The notes under the pieces: generated by a model | Database searches by the model: none | What the model saw: the letters and a program-made list of their open reading frames with translations, nothing else | Told to the model about the DNA's origin: nothing | Made by a program: the position numbers and the translations under genes | Shown: positions 1 to 13,506 of the stretch, piece by piece | Layout: the number at the start of each line of letters is the position of its first letter | Position numbering within the stretch: position 1 is the stretch's first letter | Assembly: GCF_006345805.1 (NCBI RefSeq) | Contig: NC_042997.1 | Span: 49,662,001-49,726,000, forward strand | Source: Octopus sinensis | Lineage: Eukaryota | Length of the DNA stretch: 64,000 nucleotides | Reading direction: 5' to 3'

Positions 1-59
1 TTTTCCAGTTGATGATACTAACCGTTGGTAGCAACTGTTAACTGAAGAATCCTTGACTC

Positions 60-245
60 TATTCCCAGCGAAAACTCTGCTAATAATAACTAGCAAATCT
101 TCGTCTATTGTCTTAAATTAGAAAAAAAGGATATACTGCATTATGTAAATATAGTTGCTGAAATATATAAAAAAAACGCCTTTGATCATAAAACTGCTAG
201 ATCAGACTTAACCTCGATATAGAGAGCATCAACAACAATAATAAC
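60..245 (+). repeat. Relic of a dispersed repeat (my family E)
   Basis: Segments such as gcctttgatcat...ctgctagatcag recur, diverged and inverted, at about 27880-28050 and 41715-41925. Confidence 0.45.
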
Positions 246-321
246 GGCGTCAGAAACAACAGCTACAGCATTTACAATAACAACATTACAGAGATGGCTG
301 AACTGTACTTTTTCTATATAA

Positions 322-480
322 TGGGTGCAAACGTGGCTGAGTGATCAAGAAAATTGCTTCCCAACTACGTGATCTTGGGTTCAGTCACATGGCATGGTAT
401 ATATATGGCATATATATATAGGGCGGTGCCCCAGCATGGCTGCAGTCTAATGACTGAAACAAGTAAAGGATAAAAGGATA
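322..480 (+). mobile_element. SINE family A, internally deleted (head plus tail)
   Basis: A-box-like tggctgagtg, B-box-like gggttcagtc, then the family tail ggcggtgccccagcatggc...gactgaaacaagtaaag. Confidence 0.7.
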
Positions 481-574
481 TATATATAGTTGAAATTTAC
501 AGAAAACAAAAGACGAAGACAGGTGTGTAAACAAGGTGAATTAGTTTAACGCTCAGCAAAATGAAAAAGTCTTT

Positions 575-604
575 TACGTTTCGAGCCTACGCTCTTCAAC
601 AGGA
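575..604 (-). ncRNA. Degenerate minimal hammerhead ribozyme motif (A6U)
   Basis: Minus strand CUGUUGA-A-GAGC(GUAG)GCUC-GAAA-C-GUA; core differs from CUGANGA at A6; stem I weak. Confidence 0.45.
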
Positions 605-821
605 AGGAACACGAGGAAATAAACAGAGAGGGAATTAAAAAAAAACTTGAGGATTTAGCGGTCGTGTGTGCGCGTATGTGTTCGTGTGTGTGCATGTGTG
701 TTATGTTTGTCTTCACTCACGCTTCACAACCTGTATTAGTATGTTTACATCCTTGCGATTTAGCAGTTCGGTAAAAGAAACAGATAGTATAAGTACCCGA
801 CTTTTAAGAATAAAATATGAA

Positions 822-985
822 CAGGCGCAGGGGTGGCTGTGTGGTAAGAATCTCGTTTCTCAACCACATGGTTCTGGGTTCAGTCCCACTGCATAGTACC
901 TTGGACAAGTGTCTTCTACTATAGCCTCAGGCCGACCACAGCCTTGTGAGTGGATTTGGTGGACGGAAACTGAAAGAAGCCCGTC

Positions 986-1033
<48 letters not shown>

Positions 1034-1243
1034 ATATGTATGTATTTGTGCGTCTGTGTTTGACCCCTACCATCGCTTGACAACCGATGCTGGTTTGTTA
1101 ACGTCCCCGTAATCTAGCGGTTCGGCAATAGAGACGATAGAATGAGTACTAGGCTTACAAGAATAAGTTCGACTAAAATCCCCTTCAAGGCGGTGTCCCA
1201 GCATGACTGCAATGCAATGACTGAAACACCTGAAAGACAAAAG
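822..1243 (+). mobile_element. SINE family A, near full length
   Basis: tRNA-like head (tggctgtgtgg, gggttcagtccc), ccttggacaagtgtctt body, internal (TA)n/(TG)n, conserved 3' tail; matches many copies in the window. Confidence 0.9.
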
Positions 1244-1844
1244 GCAAATATCTATTCACCCAATGTTTATAGATTTGTGTCTTCATCTCTTTTAGAGAAG
1301 AAAAATGATAAATATGATGCTTTTATAAAGAAGTATGATTACCGACGGCTATTCTTCCGCTCAGATTATCGGGGAGTGACGTATATGCTGTAAGGGAAAT
1401 TTGTACAAACATCCAATTCTATTGTTAATGAAATGGTTGGCTGTATAATTACTTTAACACCAGATTACTCGTAAAAAATATACGAGAGGGAAAACACTTG
1501 AATTAACTCGATGGAGAACAGGTTTTTGCAATCGACTTGATAAATTGTGACATTGGAGTTGTTGAGAATATCATCATAAAATATGACCTTTGTATCAAAT
1601 GACACACATTCAGATATAAACATAAATATAAACACAAAAACAAACAATACAATTTGGGCGTTGTTTTGTCATTATCTTATCTCCTTTGACAAGCAAGTCA
1701 CCAAAGGTAACGGAAGAAAGGAATGAAAGAAACCGAAAGAAAGATATGCTTTACTATAATTCTCCGTATGTGTATATGTGGTCTGTGTGTGAATGCGTGT
1801 GTATCTCTGTGTATTTACGAGTTTATATAAATGCCTAAACAGAC

Positions 1845-1993
<149 letters not shown>

Positions 1994-2289
1994 TACCTAT
2001 CTATTCAATGTTTGCCTATTCGCCCTCTCTCGCTTTTTCCTCCTCCTCCTCCTCCTCCTCCTCTTCTCTTCTCTCCATGTATACACTCACATATTAATAC
2101 GCATGCACATACAAATATACACACAAACACACACACACACTCACACAAGCATGCACAAACACACACTCACACAAACACACTCAGGCGCGCAAAAGTACAC
2201 ATATACATACGTACACAAACACACACACACGCTCACGAACGCAAGTACGCATACTTACGCACAAATATTCATATTTGCAAAAGTTCAGT

Positions 2290-2450
2290 ATGGCCGCAGG
2301 GTTAAGGTGTTCACTACGCAACCACGAGGTCCTGGGTTCAATACCACTACGTAGCATTCTAGGCTGATGTAATTTTGTATAGACTAAGTTTTTCATTCAT
2401 TGTGAGTGAAATTTGGTAGACCGGGACTCTTTAGAATCCTGTGAAATGGG
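2290..2450 (+). mobile_element. SINE family A, old degenerate head
   Basis: tggccgcagggttaagg...cctgggttcaatacc...tgtgagtgaaatttggtagac. Confidence 0.5.
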
Positions 2451-2703
2451 TTGCAGTTCAGAAGATACACCCAAGTCACGTGCAGTCTTCGCAAATTCCG
2501 TAAGGGCTGAATAAATTTATCTGTGATTGAAAAGTTCAGAGTGGCACCTCGTCAGACATTTACCAAATTTTGCTAATATACAGAAAGATATACGTGAAAG
2601 CCTTATAGTATTGCTTGCATAGAAAGAAAAGAAGAAAAATAACAATAAGTACAGAAATGATATTTATAAGAGACAAAATGGACGGTGATGGAAGTGAAAA
2701 TAA

Positions 2704-2905
2704 CCTCCTTCTTCTTCTTCTTCTTCTTCTTCTTCTTCTCTTCTTCTTCTTCTTCTTCTTCTTCTTCTCTTCTTCTTCTTCTTCTTTTTCTCCAACCATC
2801 TCCTCTCCTTCTCTTACTACCCCCTCATCCTCCTCCTCTCCTCCACCACCTCCTCCTCCTCTTCCTCCTCCACCTCCTCCCCCATCTCTGTCTCCTCCTC
2901 TTCCA
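2704..2905. repeat. (TTC)n/(TCC)n polypyrimidine tract
   Basis: Direct reading. Confidence 0.95.
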
Positions 2906-3459
2906 TCTTGTACTTGTGTGTGTGCTCGCACGCACGCGTGCGTACACACACACACACACACACACATACATTCATACGATGATATTTGCACGAATGTCAC
3001 GATTTTCAAATGAAAATGAAATCACTGTAATTTGCAATCTCCATCCGAGTTTCCATTTTCGTAGCTGTGGGTGGCTTAGTCAGGAAGAAGGAGGAGTACC
3101 CACAATTCCCACTGGACATTCTCTTTCTCTCTCACTTTTTTTTTCCAGAGAACATTGACAACAATGCCGTTAATTTTCGGCCTGAACGTCAGTAAGAGCA
3201 AGCAATAAGGCAACCACAGGGAATACCAGATGATGCACGCTCTAGGGAGACAAGATTGGGCGAATATTTTAGCCCGAGTCTAGGGATGTTAGACACAGAA
3301 GTGAAGAGGACGACGTGAATTCCTTTTTGCGGTAATTATTCCTGGCTAATACCCTAGAGAAACAAAACCATGAAATTATTTTCAATTTAATATTTCACTT
3401 TTACCAAAAGAGTTAACATGCTGAGCGTCATCAAAAGGAAACGATTTTTCTAGAATCAT

Positions 3460-3912
3460 AGGCGCATGAGTGGCTGTGTGGTTGGTAGTTTGCTTACCAA
3501 CCACATGGTTCCGGGTTCATTCCCACTGTGTTGCACCTTGGGCAAGTGTCTTCTACTATAGCCTTGGCTCGATCAAACCCTTGTGAGTGGATTTGGTAGA
3601 CGGAAACTGAAAGAAGCCCATCATATATATGCATGTATATATATATATCCATGTATATATATATATATATATATATATACGTGTGTGTGTGTGTGTGTGT
3701 GTTTGTGTGTCTGTGTTTGTTCCCCTAGCATTGCTTGACAACCGATGCTGGTGTGTTTACGTGCCCGTAACTTAGCGGTTCGGCAAAAGAGACCGATAGA
3801 ATAAGTACTAGGCTTACAAAGAATAAGTCCCGGGGTCGATTTGCTCGACTACAGACGGTGCTCCAGCATGGCTACAGTCAAATGACTGAAACAAGTAAAG
3901 GGTGAAAGGGTA
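3460..3912 (+). mobile_element. SINE family A, full length
   Basis: Colinear with the other family A copies from head to tail. Confidence 0.92.
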
Positions 3913-4015
3913 AGAGAGAAATCTTGGATTGGATGACCAATGAATAAATTAAAGGATTCTTATAAACTGAAGCTATAACATAATTTTAAATTTTTTGTAA
4001 AACTTTTACGTCACA

Positions 4016-4194
4016 TAGGCACGGGCATGGTCACGTGGTTAAGAAACTGTCTCTGCAACCACATGTGTTCCGGTTCAGTCCCACTACGCGGCACCTTGGG
4101 CAAGTGTCTTCAACTATAACCTGGCAATGCCTTATAAGAGAATCTGACAGACAGAACTGAGTGAAAGCCCGTCGCATATATGTGTGTGTGCATG

Positions 4195-4254
<60 letters not shown>

Positions 4255-4440
4255 TGTGTGTGCGCGCGCGCGTGTTTTCCACTCAGCTTGACAACCACCA
4301 AGCGGTTCGGCAAAAGAAACCGATAGAGTAAGTACCAGTCTTAAAGTATAAGTACTGGAATCGATTCATTCAACCAAACTATTTAAGTTGGTGCCCCAGC
4401 ATGGCCGCAGTTCAATGACTAGAAAAAAGTAAAAGAAGAT
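4016..4440 (+). mobile_element. SINE family A
   Basis: Head, ccttgggcaagtgtctt, internal (TG)n, family tail. Confidence 0.85.
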
Positions 4441-4471
4441 ACACAGCAAACGACTGGATTACTAAACTTAC

Positions 4472-4595
4472 CCATTTCTGATTCTTTGTCTGGAAAGATA
4501 ATGGAAATAATTGCTTTCCAAATATGATCTAATAAAATAAAGAATTTTGCTTTCATGTAGCAAAAAGAAATGAATTCTTTGGCTGTAGTTGAGAA
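4472..4595 (-). CDS. Candidate internal exon (FSTTAKEFISFCYMKAKFFILLDHIWKAIISIIFPDKESEM), product unknown
   Basis: Acceptor tgttttgtcttcag, 41 open codons plus 1 nt, donor G/GTAAGT. EFISFC weakly recalls the DEG/ENaC DFIxxC motif. Confidence 0.3.
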
Positions 4596-5384
4596 CTGAA
4601 GACAAAACAGGTTTTACTTTATACAAGCGGATACCTACTTCTTCTTTGTCTTCAATTTCTATTCTTTTTTTTTTTACCATTGTAGAGCAAAACTACCATC
4701 CAACCAATTCTGGTGTGTCCCTTTAAATATATATTGGTGACGAGCTACAAAGAAATACAGAGTCCACGAATGTGCGGGGGGAGAGAAAGAAGGGGAGTGA
4801 GAAAAAGAGAGCGGGTGAAGGAGTAGATATGGGAATAGGACTGAATTTTGTTTATTATTTGCTGCAAGAGGAATCTTCTTGATATATTTATAGTAACTGT
4901 TCCAGCTGACAGATCCTTAGATATATATATATAAAGCACCGGAAGATACTTACCACTAACGTTTTCGAAATTTTGGTTGTTTGGTTTATTTAACGCCTGC
5001 CTACAATTAGTATTTCATTTATCTGCAATCAATCAATATTCAGCTCATATTTACATATATACCGCATGTACACATACATATACACGTACAGGCACTTATC
5101 ACACACACACACAGATACATATTGTGGGTAGGTACCGACTATTTTGATTGTTTATGTTTTGATGTAGTAATTAGATCCAGATGTGAATATGTTATGAAAC
5201 CTCTCATCTGTATACACAATTCCAACGTTTTCTTTCACTTCGACTAAACTTTACAGGTCAACGAGGGTTACTTATTCTTCTTGTTACTGAATTCAGATTT
5301 ATATCTTTGAAACAGGAGCCACATAATGTGTGTACAAACAGTCTGGATGTCGAGCGAAAATATCAATTGCAGTTTTAGTGAGGA

Positions 5385-5577
5385 TAACCTGTGGCTGTGT
5401 GGTAAGAAGTTTGCTTCCCAATCAGATGGTTCCGGGTTCAGTCCCACTGCGTGTGTGGCACTTTGGTCAAGTAGAATAAGTACCAGATTAGCTTCCATTC
5501 ATTCAACTAAAAGTTCTTCAAAGTGGTGCTCCAGCATGGCCACAGTTTAATGAATGAAACTATTAAAAGATAAAAGA
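5385..5577 (+). mobile_element. SINE family A, internally deleted
   Basis: Head joined directly to gtagaataagtacc...ggtgctccagcatggcc tail. Confidence 0.8.
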
Positions 5578-5644
5578 AAACGGGTATTCATAATGCAAAG
5601 TCTTAACACCATTTTGTATTTTAACGATCTAATTGTTCATCATT

Positions 5645-5870
5645 TCTTATTTCTTTATTGCCCACAAGGGGCTAAACACAGACAAACGGATTAAGTCGAT
5701 TACATCGACCCCAGTGCGTAACTGGTACTTAATTTATTGACCCCGAAAGGATGAAAGGCAAAGTCGACCTCGGTGGAATTTGAACTCAGAACGTAACGGC
5801 AGACGAAATTCTGCTAAGCATTTCGCCCGGCGTGCTAACGTTTCTGCCAGCTCGCCGCCTTATTTCTGTT
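5645..5870 (-). mobile_element. SINE family B
   Basis: Reverse complement of ggcggcgagctggcagaaacgttagc...gttcaaattcc...gtcgactttgcctttcatcctttcggggtc...aataaagaaata. Confidence 0.92.
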
Positions 5871-5899
5871 GAGCAATACTCGACAAAGTGTATTTTCCA

Positions 5900-6434
5900 C
5901 CTATAATAATAAAAGCGAAATTCTGTCTGTCCGTCTGGAACCCCTGTATCTCAGTCTGAATTTGCTAGACATAGACATATCATACCTTTCTGGAATCAAG
6001 ATGATCCTGGGATTGAAAATATGCCCTTCGTTTGGTTCTTGAACATCAAGTATTCGGTTCTGATTTAAAAGCATTTGGGTTGCTATTTCTTGCGGGTAAA
6101 GTTTGGCTGATTCACGCCATCTTGGTTGGTGTTTGTCAGATGACGTCAAAGATTAAGGGGAGATAAATGACATTCGCTTCTGCAATTTTACTCCGAGTTA
6201 AGTACTTTGGGACAAATTGGCCGACGGCTGGAATTCAACTTGGGACTGAAACAATAGAATGATTGCATTACAGAATTAATTCTCATCTGTCCTTAACCTC
6301 TATATGCACCACCGGGGCATATAGTCATTATAGACGTATTATTGTCATGCTATTTAGCTCACTTTAGTTTTGGGCCGCAGGTCCAATTAGTCCTCCGCAG
6401 GAGCTAATTTAAAAGTCCGCACGGAGTGCGGCTT

Positions 6435-6435
<1 letters not shown>
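5900..6435 (+). mobile_element. Non-autonomous Helitron-like element
   Basis: 5' ctataataataaaagcg...ctgtctgtcc start typical of HelitronN elements; 3' GC hairpin ccgcac-gga-gtgcgg; terminal CTAG not seen. Confidence 0.55.
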
Positions 6436-6510
<75 letters not shown>

Positions 6511-7378
6511 TGTGTGTGTTTGTGTGTGTGTGTGTGTATGTATAGATAAGTGCTGCATAAATAAATGTGCAGTTTTGTTGTTATGTGTATTTATTCATAC
6601 ATATTGTATCTCCTTAATTAACATAACCGGTTGAAATGTTATCCAAATTCATATAAACATGACTAATACCTTCAGGAATTCTGCATACTTTCCCTTCATT
6701 GACTACAACTAAAATATATTTAGCGAATACTATAGATACTCTGTTGTCATATTATTTCTAAAATTAACTGCCATATAAAAGAATGAACGGTAAACCTGAT
6801 TGGAATTTAATCAGAGTGCACTAGATTTACAATGATTGGTTTCTATCGCGAGAGGCTATCTCGCCTTAACTAGCAACTAAGTACATTAAAATTCAATTTC
6901 TAGTGACCTGGGTTGTACTGTTATGTTGGTATTAGGAAATACCAATGTATATGAAAACTGGTGCAAGAAAGTTTAGTAAATTTGAAATCTTTATTACTAT
7001 AGAAATAGTTGGTTACCGGCATAACTTATCGAGGCGTACCCCAAGTCACTTGCTATATAAGCTAATAACGTATTTATTGAAATATGTTGGATTATATGAT
7101 TATTTCAAATTAACTGGAATCCAACGTCTGAGATTAAAATTAATGTTCCGAGAGGTTGCTATAATATAAAGAAAGTTGCTATTAACGATAAACATTAGTA
7201 ATTTTCGAGGAAAATGCTAAATTGTATGTAAACATGATGTGCATATTATGTGTAAATGAGTCCCCCACCCTGTACACATTCACAAATATGTTTACGGCAA
7301 TATCGGTAACTTTTATCGTTATAACTTCACTTTTTAATATCTCTATTAATACATTTTTTCTCTCCCACTCTTTCTACT

Positions 7379-7437
<59 letters not shown>

Positions 7438-7441
<4 letters not shown>

Positions 7442-8521
7442 AAGTACACTCCACAAGTTTTAGACTTTTTCGGGAGGAACATTTACAAAGAAGAACAAAA
7501 GTCTTATCCCCTTCAAAGTAGGACCCTCTGACTTCAATGCATTTGTTATAGTGCTCCAGCTATTTCATGAAGGGTTCATGGAAACCCTCCAAAATGAAGA
7601 TGTTTGGGACCTTTGTCACAGCCTCCTTCAAAACGACTGACCCAGATGTTTTCCTTCAACTAAGGGAACAATCAAAAAGTCACAGGGTGCAAGGTCCTTG
7701 CTGTAGGGAAGGTGAGGTACAGTTTTAGTTCCCATCTCTGTCCAGTAACTAGTTACCAGGATGCTCGTCACTCAATACCCTGGGAACAAGCTTAGCACAA
7801 ATTTTCCCCATGTTCAGATCTTCATCTATAATTCTGTGTACAGTTGTCACACCAGCTCCAAACTGTCTACTAATTGTCTTTATAGATACACGACAGTCTT
7901 TATCCAAATGACTTCGAATTTTCTTAACCAGCTCTGATGTTCGGTCGTCCGTCTTCCTCTCACACCTCTCATTGTCTCTCTCTCATATCTACCGGTCTTG
8001 AACCTCTTGTGTCAGCGGAAAAGTTAATCCAGAAGCAGCCTGGAACCTTTCATAAGTTTCTGTAGCGTTTTTGCCCAAAACATTTTAACATCCCGACTGC
8101 ATTTTGCAAACTAGTCAGTTACGACAAGCAGTGTTTAGTAGGGGGTCTCCAAAGTCCCCTTCAGCCTGGAATAGAAAAAGTTAGCAGGTCAACTTATTAG
8201 ATGTATAGTAATGCTTTCTACTTTAGGCACAAGGCCTCAAATTTGTGGGGAGGGGACTAGTCGATCTCATCGACCCCAGTGTTTCACTGGTACTTATTTT
8301 ATCGACCCCGAAAGGATAAAAGGCAAAGTCGACCTCGGCGGAATTCGAACTCAGAACGTAAAGAGAGACGAAATACTGCTAAGCATTTCGCCCGGCGTGC
8401 TAACGTTTCTACCAGCTCACCAGTTTTTAGATGTATAGCAATGATAGACTGAAATTACAATAATCTACGAGTTATAACTGCCTCTCCTAAAAGTTTCAAA
8501 ACTTCTGGAAAGCACCCGGTA
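7438..8521 (-). mobile_element. Deleted, decayed mariner transposon
   Basis: Minus-strand peptides HLPYSKDLAPCDF (YSPDLAPxD motif) and KCIEVRGSYFE; diverged TIRs at about 7438-7473 and 8486-8521 starting with TAC. Confidence 0.8.
8200..8420 (-). mobile_element. SINE family B nested in the mariner
   Basis: Family B body with the alternative ...ggccttgtgcct tail. Confidence 0.9.
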
Positions 8522-9974
8522 AATATTGTTTTATAAACAGTACATTCATTCTGCTACTGCTGTTTATTTTTAAATTGACGTCATGAATATTTTTGCTCTG
8601 GTTAAGTTTCCCAATTTTCTAAGCACAATGCTGATGACGTAGCAATCGCTCGCTGAGCTGAAAACAACGACCAATAGTTGTTCAAGTATTGTCCGTCATT
8701 AGGGTCATCTCCTTCAAACTCTGTCTGTCTGAAGACGTCATCTTCGATGCCTTCAGCGAAACGACCACTTGGGCTGTAATATTTCTCCCACTCAAGAAAC
8801 TACTGGTGTGGAACCCGAATCATTTCCGTTGCAAAATTGCCCTTGCTATTTAGTATCCTCTCCTACTTGTGTTTCTGGCCAGCATACTAAATTTTCAAAG
8901 CTAATCAGTTTTCTAATTCTAATGTTCCTAAGTATGTATCTCCACATCCCTCACAAAACTAGCCCTGGCCTGCCACACTCTCAAGTGGCTCTTTCATAGC
9001 TTCAATGGGAACATAAACTGCCTACTACCAATAACTAGGAGGTTGCCATCGAAACGCCCGACAGGACAACTATCAAAAGAAAGAGAGTAAGAGAGAGAGA
9101 GAGAGAGAGAAAAAGAAGAGAAGAGAAGAGGGAAAGCTTCTATACGGTTGCATGATCTGCTAGAAACAGCAACCAAATTTTAATGAAATCATACATTATC
9201 AACTTAGAAAAGAACACATTAGTCATAGCCCTTAAACATGCCAGGTTACCGATATGTCAAGATTGGGAAACTTCTGCTCGTATACCTGATCAACTGGGGC
9301 GAAGCTAGCGCTAAACAATAACAACAAAACTATGAAGAAAGCAAAAATTACTTTCGTGCAATGTTCGGCATACAAACTTTCTCGTGTCCGAAATTGCAGC
9401 TGGAGATTTCTGTTGTCAAAATGCACCCTGCGATTCGTTTATCTTCAACGAAAGTCGATCTTTAAGTAGTGCACCTGCGGATAAATCTACCACATTCGCT
9501 CCATGTTTTGCTATCATTATCACTCTGTATACGATCACAATATACTTCCCGTGATCCTTGTTTCCTGACTTGTCACAATTCATTCACACATTCACCAAGC
9601 CCAACAACTTGTTTCCTCTACAAGTCAAATGAGCTCCTATGTGGTCACTAATTTGATTGCATACGGACTCCATCCGCCTATCATACCTTAGCAATACCAC
9701 TCAAGGCCTCCTTCAAACTACATCTTATAGTCTTATGAAAACAATACAATGGCTGCCATCCTACGTACGGCGTATCTGGCAAACAAAATAAGACGTAATG
9801 GCCATTGTTGAAATTAATCATAGTTTTGCTTTATTTGAACTTTCCTAGAGATAAATACAAAAAAAGCAAGTTATTCCTTCCAATTCGTCAAAGACTACTT
9901 TCCTGACAATGTTCATTTCATTAATCTTAAGCATTTTCTTATTTACACTCTCACTTTTCTCCTCTGTCTGGCAG

Positions 9975-10000
9975 TCTGTCTGTCTGTCTGTCTGTCTGTG

Positions 10001-10081
<81 letters not shown>
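9975..10081. repeat. (TCTG)n-(TCTA)n microsatellite
   Basis: Direct reading. Confidence 0.97.
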
Positions 10082-10082
<1 letters not shown>

Positions 10083-10199
10083 CTTCTGTTTATACATCTC
10101 AAGTTTACAAGGGTTTACTAACTTATGGAAACACACAGTAAGGCGTACCTTCTTGAAAACAAAAAAGGTGACTTCTATCATATGAAAAATGCTCTTCTC

Positions 10200-10760
10200 T
10201 CTTATTCTAATCCCATGTGAAGAAACCTGCCTCCATCACTACCTGCCATTATTCCGAGCCAAAATGAAAATTTCCACAGTTGTTTGATTTGCCAAAAATG
10301 ACATTCAAACCTCCTTTAAATTACTCTCCTAGAACATGTAATTGGAGTGCCTGTGGATTCCATCTGTTTCTCATCGCCTACATAGAAAATTATCCTGTCA
10401 GACTACCCTAACAGGGTTCTCGCCTACATTATATCAATCAGTTCAAGGTTTCTCATACATACTTCCTCTTGTATATCAATGACGTCGCTGTCACTCTTAA
10501 AACCGCACATTCCGACGTAAATGACAACATCCTACGCTTCTTCTGTGCAAGTGAGTCATCCATCTTCACGCGATCTAAACATCCTACGCCATGTTTGTAC
10601 TAAATGCAACATGCAAGTGTGACGTAACAACGTAGGGATTTTCAATAACCTCAAAACAGACAAACACTATTGTAAACTGTTCCACCTACACGTGAACAGC
10701 ACATAGTTGATCTACATTGAATTTCTTACCGTAACCAGCTTAACCTCACAATCTTTGACG
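10200..10760 (+). mobile_element. Highly decayed LINE reverse transcriptase relic (CR1/Jockey-like)
   Basis: FLLYINDV...HSDVNDNI resembles the RT segment LFLLYINDL...YADD. Confidence 0.45.
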
Positions 10761-11164
10761 CCCGCTTATGGGTTCATATGGTGGAAATGCTCACATGGTC
10801 AAACACACGTACGGACGCGCACGCGCGTGCGCCTATACATGTCTCAAACATACATACATCTCACATACAATCGCACGCACTCCTTCCACACACGCACGCA
10901 CACACACGCATACTCACACATGCATATACACACACACCTCTTTCTGTCTCTCTCTCTCACACACACACACACGCGCGCGCGTGCGCACACATATACTCAC
11001 GTAACATGCATATATCACCAAAACAAAAACTTAAAGCACACACGAGCAACTATCGGCCCACAATATTTTCTCATTGACACTTCTAACGGAAAGTTATCTT
11101 CAATATTTCTAGTGGTGCCTGTCTGACAAAGAAACAAGTGCCATGGCTGAAGCTTCTTGATAAA

Positions 11165-11660
<496 letters not shown>

Positions 11661-12324
11661 AGGGGGGCAGATGGGTAAACAGATTCAAAGTATAATCTGG
11701 TTCAAAGTATAATCTTCCTGTGTATCACCAAAAATATTTAATCTTTAACCATTTGCCAATCCTATTCAAAATTTTAATGCGTTCTTTCCAGTAGAAAATT
11801 GCTCACATATTAGGGATAGAGTTGCTTCTAGGCATACAACATCCTATGTGCGTTTCAAAAAAAGGCCGTCTGTCTACTGAAGTTTTCTCTGTCGTTATTG
11901 TAATAGACAGTTCTTTAATCTAAAATTAGATTTCTCCGACTCAGCATAAACTCCTTCGTTCTTATTGTAGTAGTGCGGGAGAAAGTCGTCTTGACAGAAC
12001 AGCCAACAATCTGCCGATAGCGAAAATGGCTTAGAAACACCTACTGCGATTTTGCTCATTGTTTTAGAAACCTATCTAGTCGAAAGCATAGACATCCTCA
12101 GCACGTTCAGGGTGTGACGAATGGAAAGAGAAAGAGAGAGAGAGAGAGGGAGAGAGAGAGAGAGAGAGAGAGAGGCAGACAGACAGGGAAAGAGTAAGAG
12201 AGGGAGAGAGAGAGATGCACTAGGATCCAACTGCTTAAATTGTAGCAATATGAAATGAAGTGTTTTGCTCAAGAACACAACGCACTACCCAATGCTTTCA
12301 CGCATCGATATGCAGATGTACAAT

Positions 12325-12945
12325 ATTTTTTCTACTCTAGGCAGAAGCCTCGAAATTTTGGAGGAGAGGGCCAGCCGATTAGATCGACTTCAGTATACAA
12401 CTAGTACTTAATTTATCGACCCCGAAAGGATGAAAGGCAAAGTCGACCTCGATGGAATTTGAACTCAGAACGTAACGGCAGACGAAATACCGCTAAGCAT
12501 TTCGACCGGCGTGCTGACGTTTCTTATTTCTTTATTGCCCACAAGGGGCTAAACATAGAAAGGACAAACATAGAAGGACAGGGAAAGGGATTTAAGTCGA
12601 TTACATCGACCCCAGTGCGTAACTGGTACTTATTTAATCGACCGCGAAAGGATGAAAGGCAAAGTCGACCTCGGCGGTATTTGAACTCAGAACGTAACGT
12701 CAGACAAAATACTTATTTCTTTATTACCCACAAGGGGCTAAACACAGAGGGGACAAACAAGGACAGACATAGGTATTAAGTCGATTACATCGACCCCAGT
12801 GCGTAACTGGTACTTATTTAATCGACCCCGAAAGGATGAAAGGCAAAGTCGACCTCGGCGGAATTTGAACTCAGAACGTAACGGCAGACGAAATACTGCT
12901 AAGCATTACGCCCGGTGTGCTGACGTTTCTGCCAGCTCGTCGCCT
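12325..12945 (-). mobile_element. SINE family B head-to-tail trimer
   Basis: Three family B bodies in tandem, bracketed by tatg(c/t)agatgtacaa at about 12310 and 12947. Confidence 0.9.
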
Positions 12946-13506
12946 TATGTAGATGTACAACGTTGTGCATAAGTAGGCGGGAACAATTAGTATGTTACAA
13001 TACATCCTCTGTTACTGATGTTATGCAGACATATAGCTGCATGCTATGTGTGTGTGTGTATGCTGTGTGTGTGTGTGTATTTATGCAGTTGCAAGTGTTA
13101 CTAATTCTTATTCTTCAACTCACCACAAATGAATAAGTAAATAAGTAAATAAATATATGCAAATAACAGAGCTTTTAATAAAAGTGTAGGTGTTTGTACC
13201 TCTGAACTACAAAGTAATCCTATACGAGGTTAGTATGTTGTGTGTTGCGTTTCTATTTCTCTCTCATGTTCACTTTATGTACACAAGTAAACTACTGTGC
13301 TTGGAAAATGTAAATATACATTTTACTTTTCAATTCTAGTTTGAAGTCCAGAACTAAAATACATTAAGTTGTATGACTAATGAAGATTGTCATTTTTAAA
13401 AAAAATGTTCTATCAAGACCAAAGCTAAATCTTTCTCTTTGTTAATATGAAGAATTCCCAGATTCCACTGTTGCAGATTGGTGAGAAATTCCAAATGTCG
13501 ACTTAC

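Noticed and set aside
1465-1647. Signal-peptide-like minus-strand ORF
   Set aside because: The hydrophobic part comes from T-rich low-complexity DNA, with no in-frame upstream ATG or clear splice sites.
2560-2700. TM-like minus-strand peptide next to poly-Arg
   Set aside because: T-rich sequence beside a microsatellite; two frames are equally open, so nothing singles out a coding frame.
11800-11920. Minus-strand exon-like frame IKELSITITTEKTSVDRRPFFETHIGCCMPRSNSIPN
   Set aside because: IGCCM recalls the IGGQM pre-TM2 motif but no hydrophobic helix follows and the acceptor is weak.
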